Of a DNA stretch of 64,000 bases, positions 1 through 9,264 are shown in pieces. The number at the start of each line of letters is the position of its first letter. The first letter of the stretch is position 1. The notes beneath the pieces are model-generated. The model made no database searches, was not told where the DNA came from, and saw nothing but the letters and a program-made list of their open reading frames with translations. A program made the position numbers and the translations under genes. Source of the DNA: a virus (lineage: Duplodnaviria > Heunggongvirae > Uroviricota > Caudoviricetes); the IMG/VR virus record IMGVR_UViG_3300022562_001204, positions 14,551-78,550 of that record. One strand, written 5' to 3'.

Positions 1-483
1 TACCTGAAGTAGCTCGGTGTTCTCCTCGATGAGGTTACCCCGTTCGACCCGGTGGTTCTCCAGAGCACTCTCCACAGCCTCTCGGTTAGAGAACGTATGG
101 TGCCGCCGAACCACAAAGGCCTGGCGGGTCCGGTGATGGAGAATCTTGCTCTTGGGGATGGTGACCGTCAGGTTCTGACGGTCCGTCACCATGAAGTTGT
201 TTTCCGTCCGATTGAAGTACTGGGTCTGGAGGGAGTACGAGGCATTCATCTCCAAGTCTGGGAGAGAGCCCTCAGTGGGCTTGACCTCGACAGAGATCAT
301 GATGCTGTCATCATAGACCAGACAGTTCTGGTCCGTCTTGACGATCTTGGGTCTGACCGGGATCTTCGAGTCGGTCACGATGGATTCATACGGCCTCCCT
401 GTCGGATAGGAGGGGTTGTCGTACTTGACCACCGGCGGTGGGCACGGACGGGTGTCGTCAATACGGGCATCTCGGACGGCCAT
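1..483 (-). CDS. Hypothetical protein, truncated by window edge (MAVRDARIDDTRPCPPPVVKY...)
   Basis: Translated by hand: ATG at 483 with AGGAG RBS, frame open to base 1. A GATATACTC motif lies 43 nt upstream. The + strand ORF 52..522 is its shadow. Confidence 0.75.
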   Translation of the reverse strand, partial: MAVRDARIDDTRPCPPPVVKYDNPSYPTGRPYESIVTDSKIPVRPKIVKTDQNCLVYDDSIMISVEVKPTEGSLPDLEMNASYSLQTQYFNRTENNFMVTDRQNLTVTIPKSKILHHRTRQAFVVRRHHTFSNREAVESALENHRVERGNLIEENTELLQV

Positions 484-525
484 TGCAGTCTCCTATTCTT
501 TAATATTGTACCTCTTGTCTAAGTA

Positions 526-534
526 GAGTATATC
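526..534 (-). promoter_or_regulatory. GATATACTC motif (candidate early/vRNAP promoter)
   Basis: Exact 9-mer 43 nt upstream of the ATG; one of five intergenic copies. Confidence 0.65.
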
Positions 535-556
535 AAGTCAAGAAGAAATAGAAAGA

Positions 557-594
557 CCATAGACAGGGAGGCCTTCTGGCCTCCCTGTCTATGG
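557..594 (-). terminator. Intrinsic terminator
   Basis: 17-bp perfect stem followed by a U-rich tail on the minus strand. Confidence 0.8.
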
Positions 595-596
595 CA

Positions 597-968
597 TTAC
601 CAGGTTTGTACAGATCCCACGGGCAGCGGGAAGTACTCATGTGTCTTCTTGACCACGTCTTCCATTTCCTGCAAGAGCCGGATGACCGCCCTTTCGTGCT
701 GATCCTTCAGCGACCTGTGTGGTGAGACGATCTCCGTGATGTCGTATTCCTGGTTCAGGTTGTAGAGGCCAGCAATCAAGCCAACCATTTCTACCTCCCT
801 CTCCGGGTGCTTGACGTACCGGTCAAACTTATCCTCAAACCTTCTGGGCTGGAAGAGGATGACTTTGGGGATGTCCAGGGCTGAATTCTGGGGAATCAGA
901 AACCTGGCAGTGCCTGGGCAGGCTGCGGGTGCACCATCACGAAAGTTGTAGATCATGTCACACTCCAC
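597..968 (-). CDS. Hypothetical protein (start may be ATG at 956)
   Basis: 123-aa ORF preceded by a palindromic AAGGAG motif and followed by a terminator hairpin. Confidence 0.7.
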   Translation of the reverse strand: MECDMIYNFRDGAPAACPGTARFLIPQNSALDIPKVILFQPRRFEDKFDRYVKHPEREVEMVGLIAGLYNLNQEYDITEIVSPHRSLKDQHERAVIRLLQEMEDVVKKTHEYFPLPVGSVQTW

Positions 969-971
969 TGG

Positions 972-991
972 GACTCCTTATATAAGGAGTC
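972..991. promoter_or_regulatory. Perfect 20-bp palindrome GACTCCTTATATAAGGAGTC (promoter/RBS motif)
   Basis: Directly read; 3 nt upstream of GTG 968. Confidence 0.7.
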
Positions 992-1002
992 TGATGCAAC
1001 AT

Positions 1003-1038
1003 ATACAGGAGAGTAGCCAAGAGGCTACTCTCCTGTAT
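1003..1038 (-). terminator. Terminator-like hairpin
   Basis: 16-bp perfect stem, 4-nt loop. Confidence 0.7.
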
Positions 1039-1048
1039 GAAACCGGGA

Positions 1049-1207
1049 TCAACCAGCCTGGATGGTGGTGATCATGTCCGCCAGTTCCTGAATGGTGATG
1101 GTCTTCTGAACACCGTCCACGATGATGGACACCTTGGTCGTGGTGGTCACTTCTTCGGTGGCGTCGGCGGCGGGGGCTTCGTCGGCTTTGTTGCTGCTGA
1201 AAGACAT
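1049..1207 (-). CDS. Small hypothetical protein, 52 aa (MSFSSNKADEAPAADATEEV...TIQAG)
   Basis: Not in the ORF track; hand-translated. GGAG RBS, phage-like codon usage, terminator directly downstream (1003-1038). Confidence 0.7.
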   Translation of the reverse strand: MSFSSNKADEAPAADATEEVTTTTKVSIIVDGVQKTITIQELADMITTIQAG

Positions 1208-1263
1208 GGGGTTCTCCAGGAAATGGTCAGGCGCGGTGGGACCGCATATGATCTACGGTGAGA

Positions 1264-1491
1264 TTAACTCACCACGGTGTTACGGACGACCACGATGTGC
1301 GGGTGGTCTTCAAACATGGGTTCGAGGTTCTGTCCATGGGTCTGGAGGTACGCTCGTGCTTCACTGACGTACTCCGGAAACGCCATCTCGCGTTCGACTT
1401 CACTGGTGGCCCCCAAGCGTACATCACGTTCGAAGTTCTGTTTGGCAGCTGCTTCGACCGCTCTACCGAAAGTCAAATTAAGAACCTGCAT
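1264..1491 (-). CDS. Hypothetical protein
   Basis: 75-aa ORF co-oriented with neighbours, GGTGAG RBS-like sequence upstream. Confidence 0.6.
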   Translation of the reverse strand: MQVLNLTFGRAVEAAAKQNFERDVRLGATSEVEREMAFPEYVSEARAYLQTHGQNLEPMFEDHPHIVVVRNTVVS

Positions 1492-1540
1492 CGTCCTGAT
1501 CTCACCATTGGAATAAAGAAATGAGAGGAGTCCTTCCCTA

Positions 1541-1726
1541 CTACTTCTGTGGAGACTCCTGCTCTTGGTGACCGATTATGCTCGTCCATGACTGGTCGTC
1601 CATCCACCTCAATAGATAGAAAGGAAGAATGAGGGTACTCAGAATAGCACCGATCACTACGATCTCTACCACCACATTCTTGATTTGCTTAAAAGAAAAG
1701 AGGTGGGGACGCCTTTGTCCCGTCAT
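1541..1726 (-). CDS. Small single-pass membrane protein
   Basis: GAGGAG RBS; hydrophobic stretch VVVEIVVIGAILSTLILPFYLL. Confidence 0.6.
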   Translation of the reverse strand: MTGQRRPHLFSFKQIKNVVVEIVVIGAILSTLILPFYLLRWMDDQSWTSIIGHQEQESPQK

Positions 1727-1803
1727 CAGTCGACTCCTCGCATGTTTGCATTGAGAACTACTCTCGTAGAGAGTATTTCGTATTGTTGTATTTTAGGAAC
1801 GGG

Positions 1804-2346
1804 TCACGTCGTTGCTACGAACGGCGTGCGGTACAGCTCCATGTCGTAACCGATGATGGGTGCGACATTGTTCTCGGAGAACTTGGGCTGTGCCAGTCGG
1901 CAGGTCTTCTCATTCAGAGAGACGATCACAGAGAACACCAGGCTGCTTGTGGCACTGATACCCTGGTCGGTCAGCAGCGGGTCATCCGCTGCGATGGAGA
2001 AGTGGGAGACGTATTGGTTACCCAGGATACCGGAGGACGTGATGTTGGACTCCTCCAGACCAGAGACGTCGATCATCTTGACCGTCCCTGAGACGGGTTC
2101 CAGGTAGATCGCCTTCAATTTGGCTGGCAGTACTACCTGATCGCTCAAACAGAATCGGTACTCGTAGTCATCCGAAGCCTTGTGGTAGGCAGCTTCGATA
2201 ATGGGTATGTCAATCTTTGACTTGTACGGCAGGACTCGGTGGGGGATCCCCAGCAGCGTCTCATTGTCAGGGATGATCTTCGAATGGATGCAGAAGTACT
2301 TCTGGGTATGCGGCTGATAATACGGCATTGCCTGGATGACAGACAT
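1804..2346 (-). CDS. Hypothetical protein
   Basis: 180-aa ORF, co-oriented, AAGGTG RBS. Confidence 0.7.
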   Translation of the reverse strand: MSVIQAMPYYQPHTQKYFCIHSKIIPDNETLLGIPHRVLPYKSKIDIPIIEAAYHKASDDYEYRFCLSDQVVLPAKLKAIYLEPVSGTVKMIDVSGLEESNITSSGILGNQYVSHFSIAADDPLLTDQGISATSSLVFSVIVSLNEKTCRLAQPKFSENNVAPIIGYDMELYRTPFVATT

Positions 2347-2367
2347 GGATCACCTTTGGTCGAGGGT

Positions 2368-2631
2368 TTACCGAAGAAGACGCTTCGAGTAGAACCAATG
2401 AGAGAGAATGAATAGCAAGATTCCGACCGTTAGCGGCCAGGCGAAGATGAAGAATGTGGGTGATAACGGACTACCCGTTAGCATCATCCGAAATACTGCA
2501 TTGACTTTGGGCTCAGGCAGGTGCTTCGTGACCAATAAAGCGATCGTAAGCAGAATGATTCCCATACCGACCCAAGCGAATACTGCCCTATCAACATACA
2601 TTGTAACCTCCGGCTCCATTCGTAGACGCAT
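2368..2631 (-). CDS. Small membrane protein (2 TM)
   Basis: Two hydrophobic segments. Confidence 0.6.
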   Translation of the reverse strand: MRLRMEPEVTMYVDRAVFAWVGMGIILLTIALLVTKHLPEPKVNAVFRMMLTGSPLSPTFFIFAWPLTVGILLFILSHWFYSKRLLR

Positions 2632-2686
2632 CTATCCATGAAGAGGTCAGCCCGTTATCCCCAGCCGCTTCTTATATAAAGGAGTC

Positions 2687-3115
2687 CTAGTTCCTGACTC
2701 GCTTACCTGACTTCGTCACTAACACCAAAAGAAACCCAGGCCAGAACATAATTGACAGTAACAGGTACTCAACCCGCCCTAGCTTAGGCCACAGCCAGTC
2801 AAAAAACTTATGACTGCCCTTAGCAATGGCAAAAATCAGAACGAGAGAACCCATCACCACCCAACCCATGACCAGCAGCCATGGGGTATCGACACTGACC
2901 AACGATAGCACATTTAAAAGGACAGGTAACCCTAACGCCGTCAGGATCGCCAGTAGGATGGACGATATGGCCCGAGTGGTCTGGTTGGTTACCCGTTTGG
3001 ATAGCTGTCTATGGACCACACCGACGATCCCAGCGACAGCCACCACGACTGCTACAGCTTGGAAAAACATAGGAAGGTCTCCGGTGACAGCCTCATTGAA
3101 TATGATCGAGAACAT
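2687..3115 (-). CDS. Membrane protein (3-4 TM)
   Basis: Multiple hydrophobic segments; follows the capsid terminator. Confidence 0.65.
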   Translation of the reverse strand: MFSIIFNEAVTGDLPMFFQAVAVVVAVAGIVGVVHRQLSKRVTNQTTRAISSILLAILTALGLPVLLNVLSLVSVDTPWLLVMGWVVMGSLVLIFAIAKGSHKFFDWLWPKLGRVEYLLLSIMFWPGFLLVLVTKSGKRVRN

Positions 3116-3121
3116 ACAACA

Positions 3122-3157
3122 TACTCCCCCACCAGGCTTCGGCCTGGTGGGGGAGTA
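3122..3157 (-). terminator. Terminator after the major capsid gene
   Basis: 16-bp stem, TTCG/CGAA loop. Confidence 0.8.
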
Positions 3158-3194
3158 GTCACGTCAGCACTGTGCGACTGAGTCCTACGGCTCC

Positions 3195-5393
3195 TTACGG
3201 AGCAGCGGTCACATCGTTGACGTTCAGCGGCACCTTGTTCAGCACGTTCGGGATGTTGCTCACATCCATCACGCCCAGAACCGGCAGGTGGTTCACGAAC
3301 AGGTAGCGCGGCTGCACCAGCGTTTCACGGTTGTAGGTACCACCGCGGCCGATGTTCGCCGTCAGCACGAGTTCCGGCGCCCAGAAGAGGTTGCCGTTGG
3401 TCAGCGGGTTGATCGTGGTGTTCTGCTGTCCGTCGAAGACGCCGAAGGCCATGACGATCTTGCCCTTCATACGACGGTCCAGCGTGGACACGACCTTCAC
3501 GTTGAACTCGTTGCCCAGCGTGCGCAGGTCGCCCGGCACGATCAGGTAACGCATCGTGACCGGATCGGTCGCGATGATCACGGTCGGCACCGGACCCACG
3601 TCGCCGTTCAGCATGTCGGCAGCGACCTTGTACTGCGAGTCACGGTACAGGCGGTAGGCCATGTCACGCAGCTCGTTGATGAGCGCGGCGCTGATGTCCT
3701 GGGCGCGTTCGAACGAGGTCTTGGAATCGACCTTCAGAGTCGCATCCCACTCGCGGTACAGATAGGTCGGACGAACATAGAAGCGACCGACACCCAACAC
3801 GTCCGGACCTTCGCCCGCGGTGTCCTGCACGTCCACGTAGGTCGACAGCATGTCCACGGCGCTGAGGACCGAGGTCACGGCTTCGTTGCCCATACGGAGA
3901 CGTGTCGCCGCGATGAGAGCCTGCACATCGGTCGCATCGACGTTGGCATCGACATGGGCCGGGTGACGAGCGGTGATCGGGCTGCGAAGCGGCACGACGT
4001 AGCGCTGGTACTGCGTGGCCACGTCGATGAACTGACCCTGCTGGCGACGGTTGGCGTTCGAGCGGTAGGACTTCTGATCGTAGCCCATGAAGGTGGCGGC
4101 GTCGATCAGGGTGGCCATCGCGGCGTACACGGTGTCCGTGCTGGCCAGCGTGGTGCCGTCTTCGGTGCTGATCTCGGACACTTCCAGCGTGTTGGCGTAG
4201 ACCGTGATGTTGCCGTAGTCGGTACGCAGGGTGCCAGAGAGGACCAGGTGCAGACGCACGCGGTTGCCGGAGGTCGCCAGGGCGACCAGCGGAGCTTCGG
4301 TCACAGCCGAGCCGTCCCACTGGGTCACGGTGCCGCTCAGCAGCACGCTGGTGCTGTCGAGGTTCAGCGTGTGGTTCTTGTAGTCACCCTGGACACCCGG
4401 GGTGAAGTTCGAACCCGGCAGGCCGTCGGTGCGGAGCTTCAGGATGTCGGCGCCGAGCTTCACGTAGACATAGGAGACGATCGCACCCGGCTCCAGCGTA
4501 TCGGTCTGGTTCTGCACGCCCATGGCGACCATGGCGTCCGACTGGGAGATGCCCAGCAGGTCGATCTTCTTGTTGAAGAGCAGCGGAGCGGTGCTGATCG
4601 TGGTGCCGTCTTCCAGAACCACGTCGGTGGCGGCGATATCGCTGGCATCAACGAACTTGTCCAGGGACTGCGAGCGGACCACCGGGACGCAGAGGGTCTG
4701 ATCCTTGTGCAGGATGGTCGGATCTTCGGCAGCGCGGAGCAGGTTCTTGCGGTACGTGTCGTACGCATCGCCGCTGGTTTCGCGGTCAACGTTGTCGAGC
4801 ACGTACATCAGGTTCACGGCGATCGACACGCCAGCTTCGTCAGCCGGAATGGTCAGCGTCGGGTACAACGCTTCACCGAACTCGTCCTGACGGGAGGCCA
4901 TCAGGTTGTAGGCGATCGTGAAAGCCACGGCCGAACGGTTGTCCGCTTCGTTGTAGGCTTCGTTGGCGTAGCTGCGGGTGGCCATGGCATCGCTGACGCC
5001 ATAGGACTCGACCGTCACGACCGAGCTCGGGTTCACGCCGAGGGGCATCGCATCCAGCGGAGCGCGCTTCTTGAAGCGCTCCCAACCGGAACCGATGAAC
5101 GCGCCCTGAGTGGCGGCATCGATCTGGGCCTGGCTGAAACCACGCTTGCCGTTGGCACCGAGTTGCTTCAGGGATTCCAGGGAAGCTTCGGATTCGCCGT
5201 TGAAGAACTGACGAATGTTGTCGCCGACGCTGGACATCTCACGGAGATCGCTGTCGTTCAGGGACTCAACAGAAACAACGCGGCTCGAGATCGCTTTCAG
5301 GCCGCTCTGGCGAGCCACATTGGCAGTGATGGAAGCGATGAGATCGCCGATCGGGCTGTGCATGCCCTGCTTCTTTTCAGAAAGATTGCTCAT
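3195..5393 (-). CDS. Major capsid protein (phiKZ gp120-like)
   Basis: 732 aa; RQDEFGEALYPT motif; N-terminal propeptide with S/A-x-E protease sites (SVE, SLE, ANE); strongly biased codons; strong UUCG terminator; next to DnaB as in phiKZ. Confidence 0.92.
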   Translation of the reverse strand: MSNLSEKKQGMHSPIGDLIASITANVARQSGLKAISSRVVSVESLNDSDLREMSSVGDNIRQFFNGESEASLESLKQLGANGKRGFSQAQIDAATQGAFIGSGWERFKKRAPLDAMPLGVNPSSVVTVESYGVSDAMATRSYANEAYNEADNRSAVAFTIAYNLMASRQDEFGEALYPTLTIPADEAGVSIAVNLMYVLDNVDRETSGDAYDTYRKNLLRAAEDPTILHKDQTLCVPVVRSQSLDKFVDASDIAATDVVLEDGTTISTAPLLFNKKIDLLGISQSDAMVAMGVQNQTDTLEPGAIVSYVYVKLGADILKLRTDGLPGSNFTPGVQGDYKNHTLNLDSTSVLLSGTVTQWDGSAVTEAPLVALATSGNRVRLHLVLSGTLRTDYGNITVYANTLEVSEISTEDGTTLASTDTVYAAMATLIDAATFMGYDQKSYRSNANRRQQGQFIDVATQYQRYVVPLRSPITARHPAHVDANVDATDVQALIAATRLRMGNEAVTSVLSAVDMLSTYVDVQDTAGEGPDVLGVGRFYVRPTYLYREWDATLKVDSKTSFERAQDISAALINELRDMAYRLYRDSQYKVAADMLNGDVGPVPTVIIATDPVTMRYLIVPGDLRTLGNEFNVKVVSTLDRRMKGKIVMAFGVFDGQQNTTINPLTNGNLFWAPELVLTANIGRGGTYNRETLVQPRYLFVNHLPVLGVMDVSNIPNVLNKVPLNVNDVTAAP

Positions 5394-5430
5394 ACAAATT
5401 TTCCTTCAGTGTTTTCGATGTGACGAATAT

Positions 5431-6021
5431 TCAACCAGCGATCTCCCCGACGTACATCCTGAAGATCTCAGTGTTTGAAACAGTGCTGACAGGCGCCACC
5501 TTATATAGGGCCTTCAAATGATCACGGAAGAAGACCGCTCGAAGTTGCGGATTCTTCACGAGATTTGAGAAACCTTTCTTGACGACAAGCCAGAGGTTGG
5601 TCCCAACCAGAACGTGCTGGTAAGGCAACGATGACATATCATCAGTAGTAAGTTTCTCCTCAGAAGAGTCCGTCAATCGGTCAACGACTGTTTTGACGAT
5701 CTCTTCTGTCATGGAAAGCCCTAGGGCCTGATCCATGAAAGTGATGTCTCTCTGTCCCGATGGAAGGGAATCAAAGAGCGCATATTTTCCTGCGCTGGCC
5801 AAAGCAGAACCAGTGACGCAGAGAGAGATACCCTCAAAGAGGACACCTCGGTTGTTCAAAGCGATCCAGCCAGCCATGTCATCCGTCGAGAGATACGGAC
5901 GCACGAGCCCCAGATTCATGTACTCCTCTCCGCTGATCCCCCGCTTGGAGAGCATTTTGAAGATCCACTCCGGGATGACCCGGACCCGTGACACGTCCCG
6001 CTTGTCGACTTCGTTGGTCAT
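5431..6021 (-). CDS. Conserved hypothetical protein between DnaB and MCP (phiKZ gp119 position); probable start ATG 6021, track ORF starts at 6126
   Basis: ORF and synteny. Confidence 0.65.
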   Translation of the reverse strand: MTNEVDKRDVSRVRVIPEWIFKMLSKRGISGEEYMNLGLVRPYLSTDDMAGWIALNNRGVLFEGISLCVTGSALASAGKYALFDSLPSGQRDITFMDQALGLSMTEEIVKTVVDRLTDSSEEKLTTDDMSSLPYQHVLVGTNLWLVVKKGFSNLVKNPQLRAVFFRDHLKALYKVAPVSTVSNTEIFRMYVGEIAG

Positions 6022-6140
6022 GGCATGTAGTAAAATAAACGAGAACCCTATACTGTGCCTAATTGAGTTAGAGCACGACTTACATCCGCTCAGAACCGCC
6101 CGGCTATCGCACGGTTCTCTAAACAATACGAAATCAGACC

Positions 6141-7673
6141 ATGGACCAAAAGCTTCTACTCGCCAAGTGTATCGGGCTGATCTACAAAGAGAGCAAGCTG
6201 AAGAACGAGGGTGGCGATAGCCGGGACTACGTTAAGAACGCAGTCAGTCGGATCGTAACGAGGGATCCCGGCATGGGATTGACCTCGGAGAACAACACGA
6301 TCGCAGCTCTGAAAATGACTGTGATGGACATGATCGCCACACCTCCTGACCAGGAGATTGACAGATCAGGTCTGCTTCAAAGAATAAGAATAGATGTTGG
6401 TGACAACGATAAGCTGTATTCGGCGATTGAGAAAGGTCTTGATGACGATAACGAGCCGGACGTGATCCGACGCTCCATCAAGAACAACCGTCGGTCTATT
6501 GATCGCTACTTGGATGACACCAGGGTAACCGAACTTCTTTCAGCAGCGAATTCTCGTTGGAACTATAGTCGAGACAAGATCGAGAACACCTACGAGTTTC
6601 TAGAAACCCTGAGAAGTCAGCTCGAACCGCTGGCGGCACTGAAGACCCGAGAGGATCCAGCGATCATTAACGAGGTCAGGATCGGGGATAACTCCTCGTT
6701 ATCGAAGGTGCTGTCAGATATCCACATCACAGAGACCTCTAGCCAGTTCTACCGAACAGGATGGCAGGGACTCAACCGGATGTTGCAGGGAGGTATCCGC
6801 CGTGGGGAGATGTGGGTACAGGGTGGTCTTCAGCACAACTACAAGACCGGCTTGTCCAAATCCATCTTCAGCCACATCCCGCTCTACAACCAGCCGTACA
6901 CGGGTGGAAATGGTCGTGTACCTGCCGTTATTCATTACTCGTTCGAAGACACGATCGAAGAAGGCATGAAGTTCACCTTGACGCAACTCCTTTATACGGA
7001 GCGTCGAGAGATGATCGATATCCGCAATATGACGACCACGGAAATGCAGGACGCCGTACAGACCCGACTAAAGGTCAATGGGTTTGAGGTGTTCTTCTTC
7101 CGTGTGAATCCAACGAAGTGGACCTACATGGACCTCTTCCGTCATATTCAGCATCTGGAGACTTCTGGGTATTCTATTGAGTTTGTCATGGCGGACTATC
7201 TGGACCAGCTCCCCAAGACGGGGTGCGATACGTCCGGACCTTCCGGTAACGACATCCTGGACCTCTTTAAGAGGACTCGTCTGTTCTTCAGTGAGAAGAA
7301 GATCGCCTTCTGGACGCCTCATCAGCTTTCCCCAGACTGCAAGAAACTGATCCGTGGACAGATCAGTGAGGACAAACTGGTCAAAGAGATCGTCGGTCGT
7401 GGGTACTTTAAAGGTACCACGCAGCTCGATCAGATCCCAGACGGCATCATCTTCAACCACAAGTTCGTTCACAATGGCGAGACGTATCTGGCGATCCAGC
7501 GCGACCGTCATCGTCTGTTGAGCATTGTGGATGAGAAGTACAAGTACATGTTGCTGAAGTTTCCAAAGGGAATGCCGATCCCGGATGACCTCAACGGAGA
7601 TGACAGCACCCTGTATAAGCTCCCCAGCTACGCCGGGAATGCTGATGAAAGTCTCTTCAGCTTCGGTGAGTGA
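6141..7673 (+). CDS. dnaB: Replicative DnaB-like helicase (phiKZ gp118-like)
   Basis: TGWQGLNRMLQGGIRRGE, variant Walker A GLQHNYKTG, Walker B ADYLD, HQLS motif, QLDQIPD. Confidence 0.9.
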   Translation: MDQKLLLAKCIGLIYKESKLKNEGGDSRDYVKNAVSRIVTRDPGMGLTSENNTIAALKMTVMDMIATPPDQEIDRSGLLQRIRIDVGDNDKLYSAIEKGLDDDNEPDVIRRSIKNNRRSIDRYLDDTRVTELLSAANSRWNYSRDKIENTYEFLETLRSQLEPLAALKTREDPAIINEVRIGDNSSLSKVLSDIHITETSSQFYRTGWQGLNRMLQGGIRRGEMWVQGGLQHNYKTGLSKSIFSHIPLYNQPYTGGNGRVPAVIHYSFEDTIEEGMKFTLTQLLYTERREMIDIRNMTTTEMQDAVQTRLKVNGFEVFFFRVNPTKWTYMDLFRHIQHLETSGYSIEFVMADYLDQLPKTGCDTSGPSGNDILDLFKRTRLFFSEKKIAFWTPHQLSPDCKKLIRGQISEDKLVKEIVGRGYFKGTTQLDQIPDGIIFNHKFVHNGETYLAIQRDRHRLLSIVDEKYKYMLLKFPKGMPIPDDLNGDDSTLYKLPSYAGNADESLFSFGE

Positions 7674-7693
7674 AAAAAGAAAGTGTCAGCACA

Positions 7694-7725
7694 TCCCTCC
7701 TACGACCTTCGGGTCGTAGGAGGGA
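7694..7725. terminator. Terminator between convergent genes (DnaB and 88-aa ORF)
   Basis: 14-bp stem, TTCG loop, flanking A-tract. Confidence 0.8.
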
Positions 7726-7733
7726 GTATGTCG

Positions 7734-8000
7734 TCAGTATCCAGCGAGGATCTTCCAGAGAACCCGGAAGAAGTTGACCACGCCGACGGGCGGGAAGACA
7801 CAAAGGATCTTTCCGTACCATGTAGTGGCCATCCCGATACCGGCGAACCAGGTCGGAATCAGGACGATGCTGGCCAAGAGCCAGTACAGATCCCATTTCT
7901 TGTATGAAACGGGGTACAGCTTTGCGAGCACATCCCCCGCCCGGTCTTGGGCGGGGAACTTGGCATAGGACTGCTGGGTGCTGAACGGATTGCGATTCAT
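7734..8000 (-). CDS. Small membrane protein (2 TM)
   Basis: Hydrophobic segments; convergent on DnaB at a shared terminator. Confidence 0.6.
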   Translation of the reverse strand: MNRNPFSTQQSYAKFPAQDRAGDVLAKLYPVSYKKWDLYWLLASIVLIPTWFAGIGMATTWYGKILCVFPPVGVVNFFRVLWKILAGY

Positions 8001-8003
8001 GAG

Positions 8004-8426
8004 TCACCTGAAGAGATGCTGAAGATGAATGCGGGGTGCGTCTGGAGAGAAGTACGGGTATCCGACCATCATGATGTACCCGAGACTCAACATGGACACG
8101 ATGAAGATCGTGTTCCAGAACGCACGAAGTTGTCCGACAAAGCCATCCTCTCGGATGGTCTTGAGGGCGGCAGGTGGGTAGAAGATCGCGGCGGTCAGGG
8201 TGAACGCCGAGATCACAAACCCAAAGGCGAAGAGCCAGGGGCGGCTCAGGGTCTCGTTAGGGCTCCCGATCCCGAAGGCATAGAGGAGCACCACAAAGAA
8301 CAGCACGATGCCGAATCGCCCGGTGTGCTTCCACCGGGCGATCTTGGTGGGGAGGACGTAATAGACGGCAATGAGGTAGATCCCCCAGACCGAGAGGATC
8401 TCCAGCGCCATCTTCAAGTGCAGCAT
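8004..8426 (-). CDS. Membrane protein (4 TM)
   Basis: Four hydrophobic segments; AAGGAG RBS. Confidence 0.7.
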   Translation of the reverse strand: MLHLKMALEILSVWGIYLIAVYYVLPTKIARWKHTGRFGIVLFFVVLLYAFGIGSPNETLSRPWLFAFGFVISAFTLTAAIFYPPAALKTIREDGFVGQLRAFWNTIFIVSMLSLGYIMMVGYPYFSPDAPRIHLQHLFR

Positions 8427-8435
8427 ACTGGCTCC

Positions 8436-8849
8436 TTATGCGACAGCCAACTCCTCCGGCTGGCTGTCAACCTCAAAGTTGAACATGTACTGGTTGCCAT
8501 CCGTGGCAACCGGTGTTGCATAGACCTGTCCGGAGAGGGTCTGAAACATCATGACCCCCTCGAGTGTTTCCACAAAGATCCCGTCTGGAAGCCGATCACT
8601 CCGGTACTCCAGAACGATCGACTCCCCTTCGGGTCCTACAGTTACTTCCTGTACGATGTAGCGAGACATACCTTTCTCCTGATGATTGAAATATCCAGTT
8701 TCTATTGAACTGTGATACTGGTTCAGGTAAGGTATATCTAATTGAAAAAAGTTCAGAACGAGCTGTTCCGGTTCTGAACTGGGGTGTGGGGAATCAAGTA
8801 TCGCAATCAGACTTGGACAGCATGCGGCTATATCGGTGATTAATGTCAT
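8436..8849 (-). CDS. Hypothetical protein
   Basis: 137-aa ORF in a co-oriented run. Confidence 0.65.
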   Translation of the reverse strand: MTLITDIAACCPSLIAILDSPHPSSEPEQLVLNFFQLDIPYLNQYHSSIETGYFNHQEKGMSRYIVQEVTVGPEGESIVLEYRSDRLPDGIFVETLEGVMMFQTLSGQVYATPVATDGNQYMFNFEVDSQPEELAVA

Positions 8850-9207
8850 CTGAGAAGATTACCTGTCTCAGCAGTCCATTGCTGTCGTATATACGCTCCC
8901 AGCTAAGGAAGTTCGTGGTCGAGCCAGCGAGGATCTTCCGATTGATCCGTTGGCCATCTTCCGATAAAATGTACGTCCAGCTCATGGGATGCGACATGTC
9001 GGCCGACTGGATGTGCTCCACCAACCTCCCGGAGGGGTCATACTTTCTGGTCCAGCTGCTTTGGTCCTTCGGGTTCTCCCCGAAGATCTGGCTGGTACAG
9101 TAGCCTTGGGCGTCGTACGTCTTGGTCCAACTCCAGACGTGGGTCGGGTCCCCGAAAAATGCCACCGCGATCAGCCGTCCCTGGTCATCTCTGGTTTCTG
9201 TTATCAT
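8794..9207 (-). CDS. Small YD/RHS-like repeat protein (five ~25-aa repeats)
   Basis: Repeats DDQGRL/YDAQGY/YDPSGRL/YDSNGLL, most ending in SW; TATATAAAGGA upstream. Confidence 0.75.
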   Translation of the reverse strand: MITETRDDQGRLIAVAFFGDPTHVWSWTKTYDAQGYCTSQIFGENPKDQSSWTRKYDPSGRLVEHIQSADMSHPMSWTYILSEDGQRINRKILAGSTTNFLSWERIYDSNGLLRQVIFSDDINHRYSRMLSKSDCDT

Positions 9208-9224
9208 GGTTCCCTTTCCTTTAT

Positions 9225-9257
9225 ATAGCCCAGCGAGGATAGACCTCGCTGGGCTAT
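9225..9257 (-). terminator. Terminator after the basic protein gene
   Basis: 14-bp perfect stem. Confidence 0.75.
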
Positions 9258-9264
9258 GCCGACA

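Noticed and set aside
3288-5423. 711-aa + strand ORF opposite the MCP, and similar long shadows at 23459-24820 and 26872-28917
   Set aside because: Typical antisense ORFs of strongly biased high-GC genes, with no recognisable motifs.
6790-6860. Degenerate Walker A (GLQHNYKTG) suggesting an inactive DnaB
   Set aside because: This variant is, as I recall, typical of phiKZ gp118-family helicases, and the Lys-Thr is retained.
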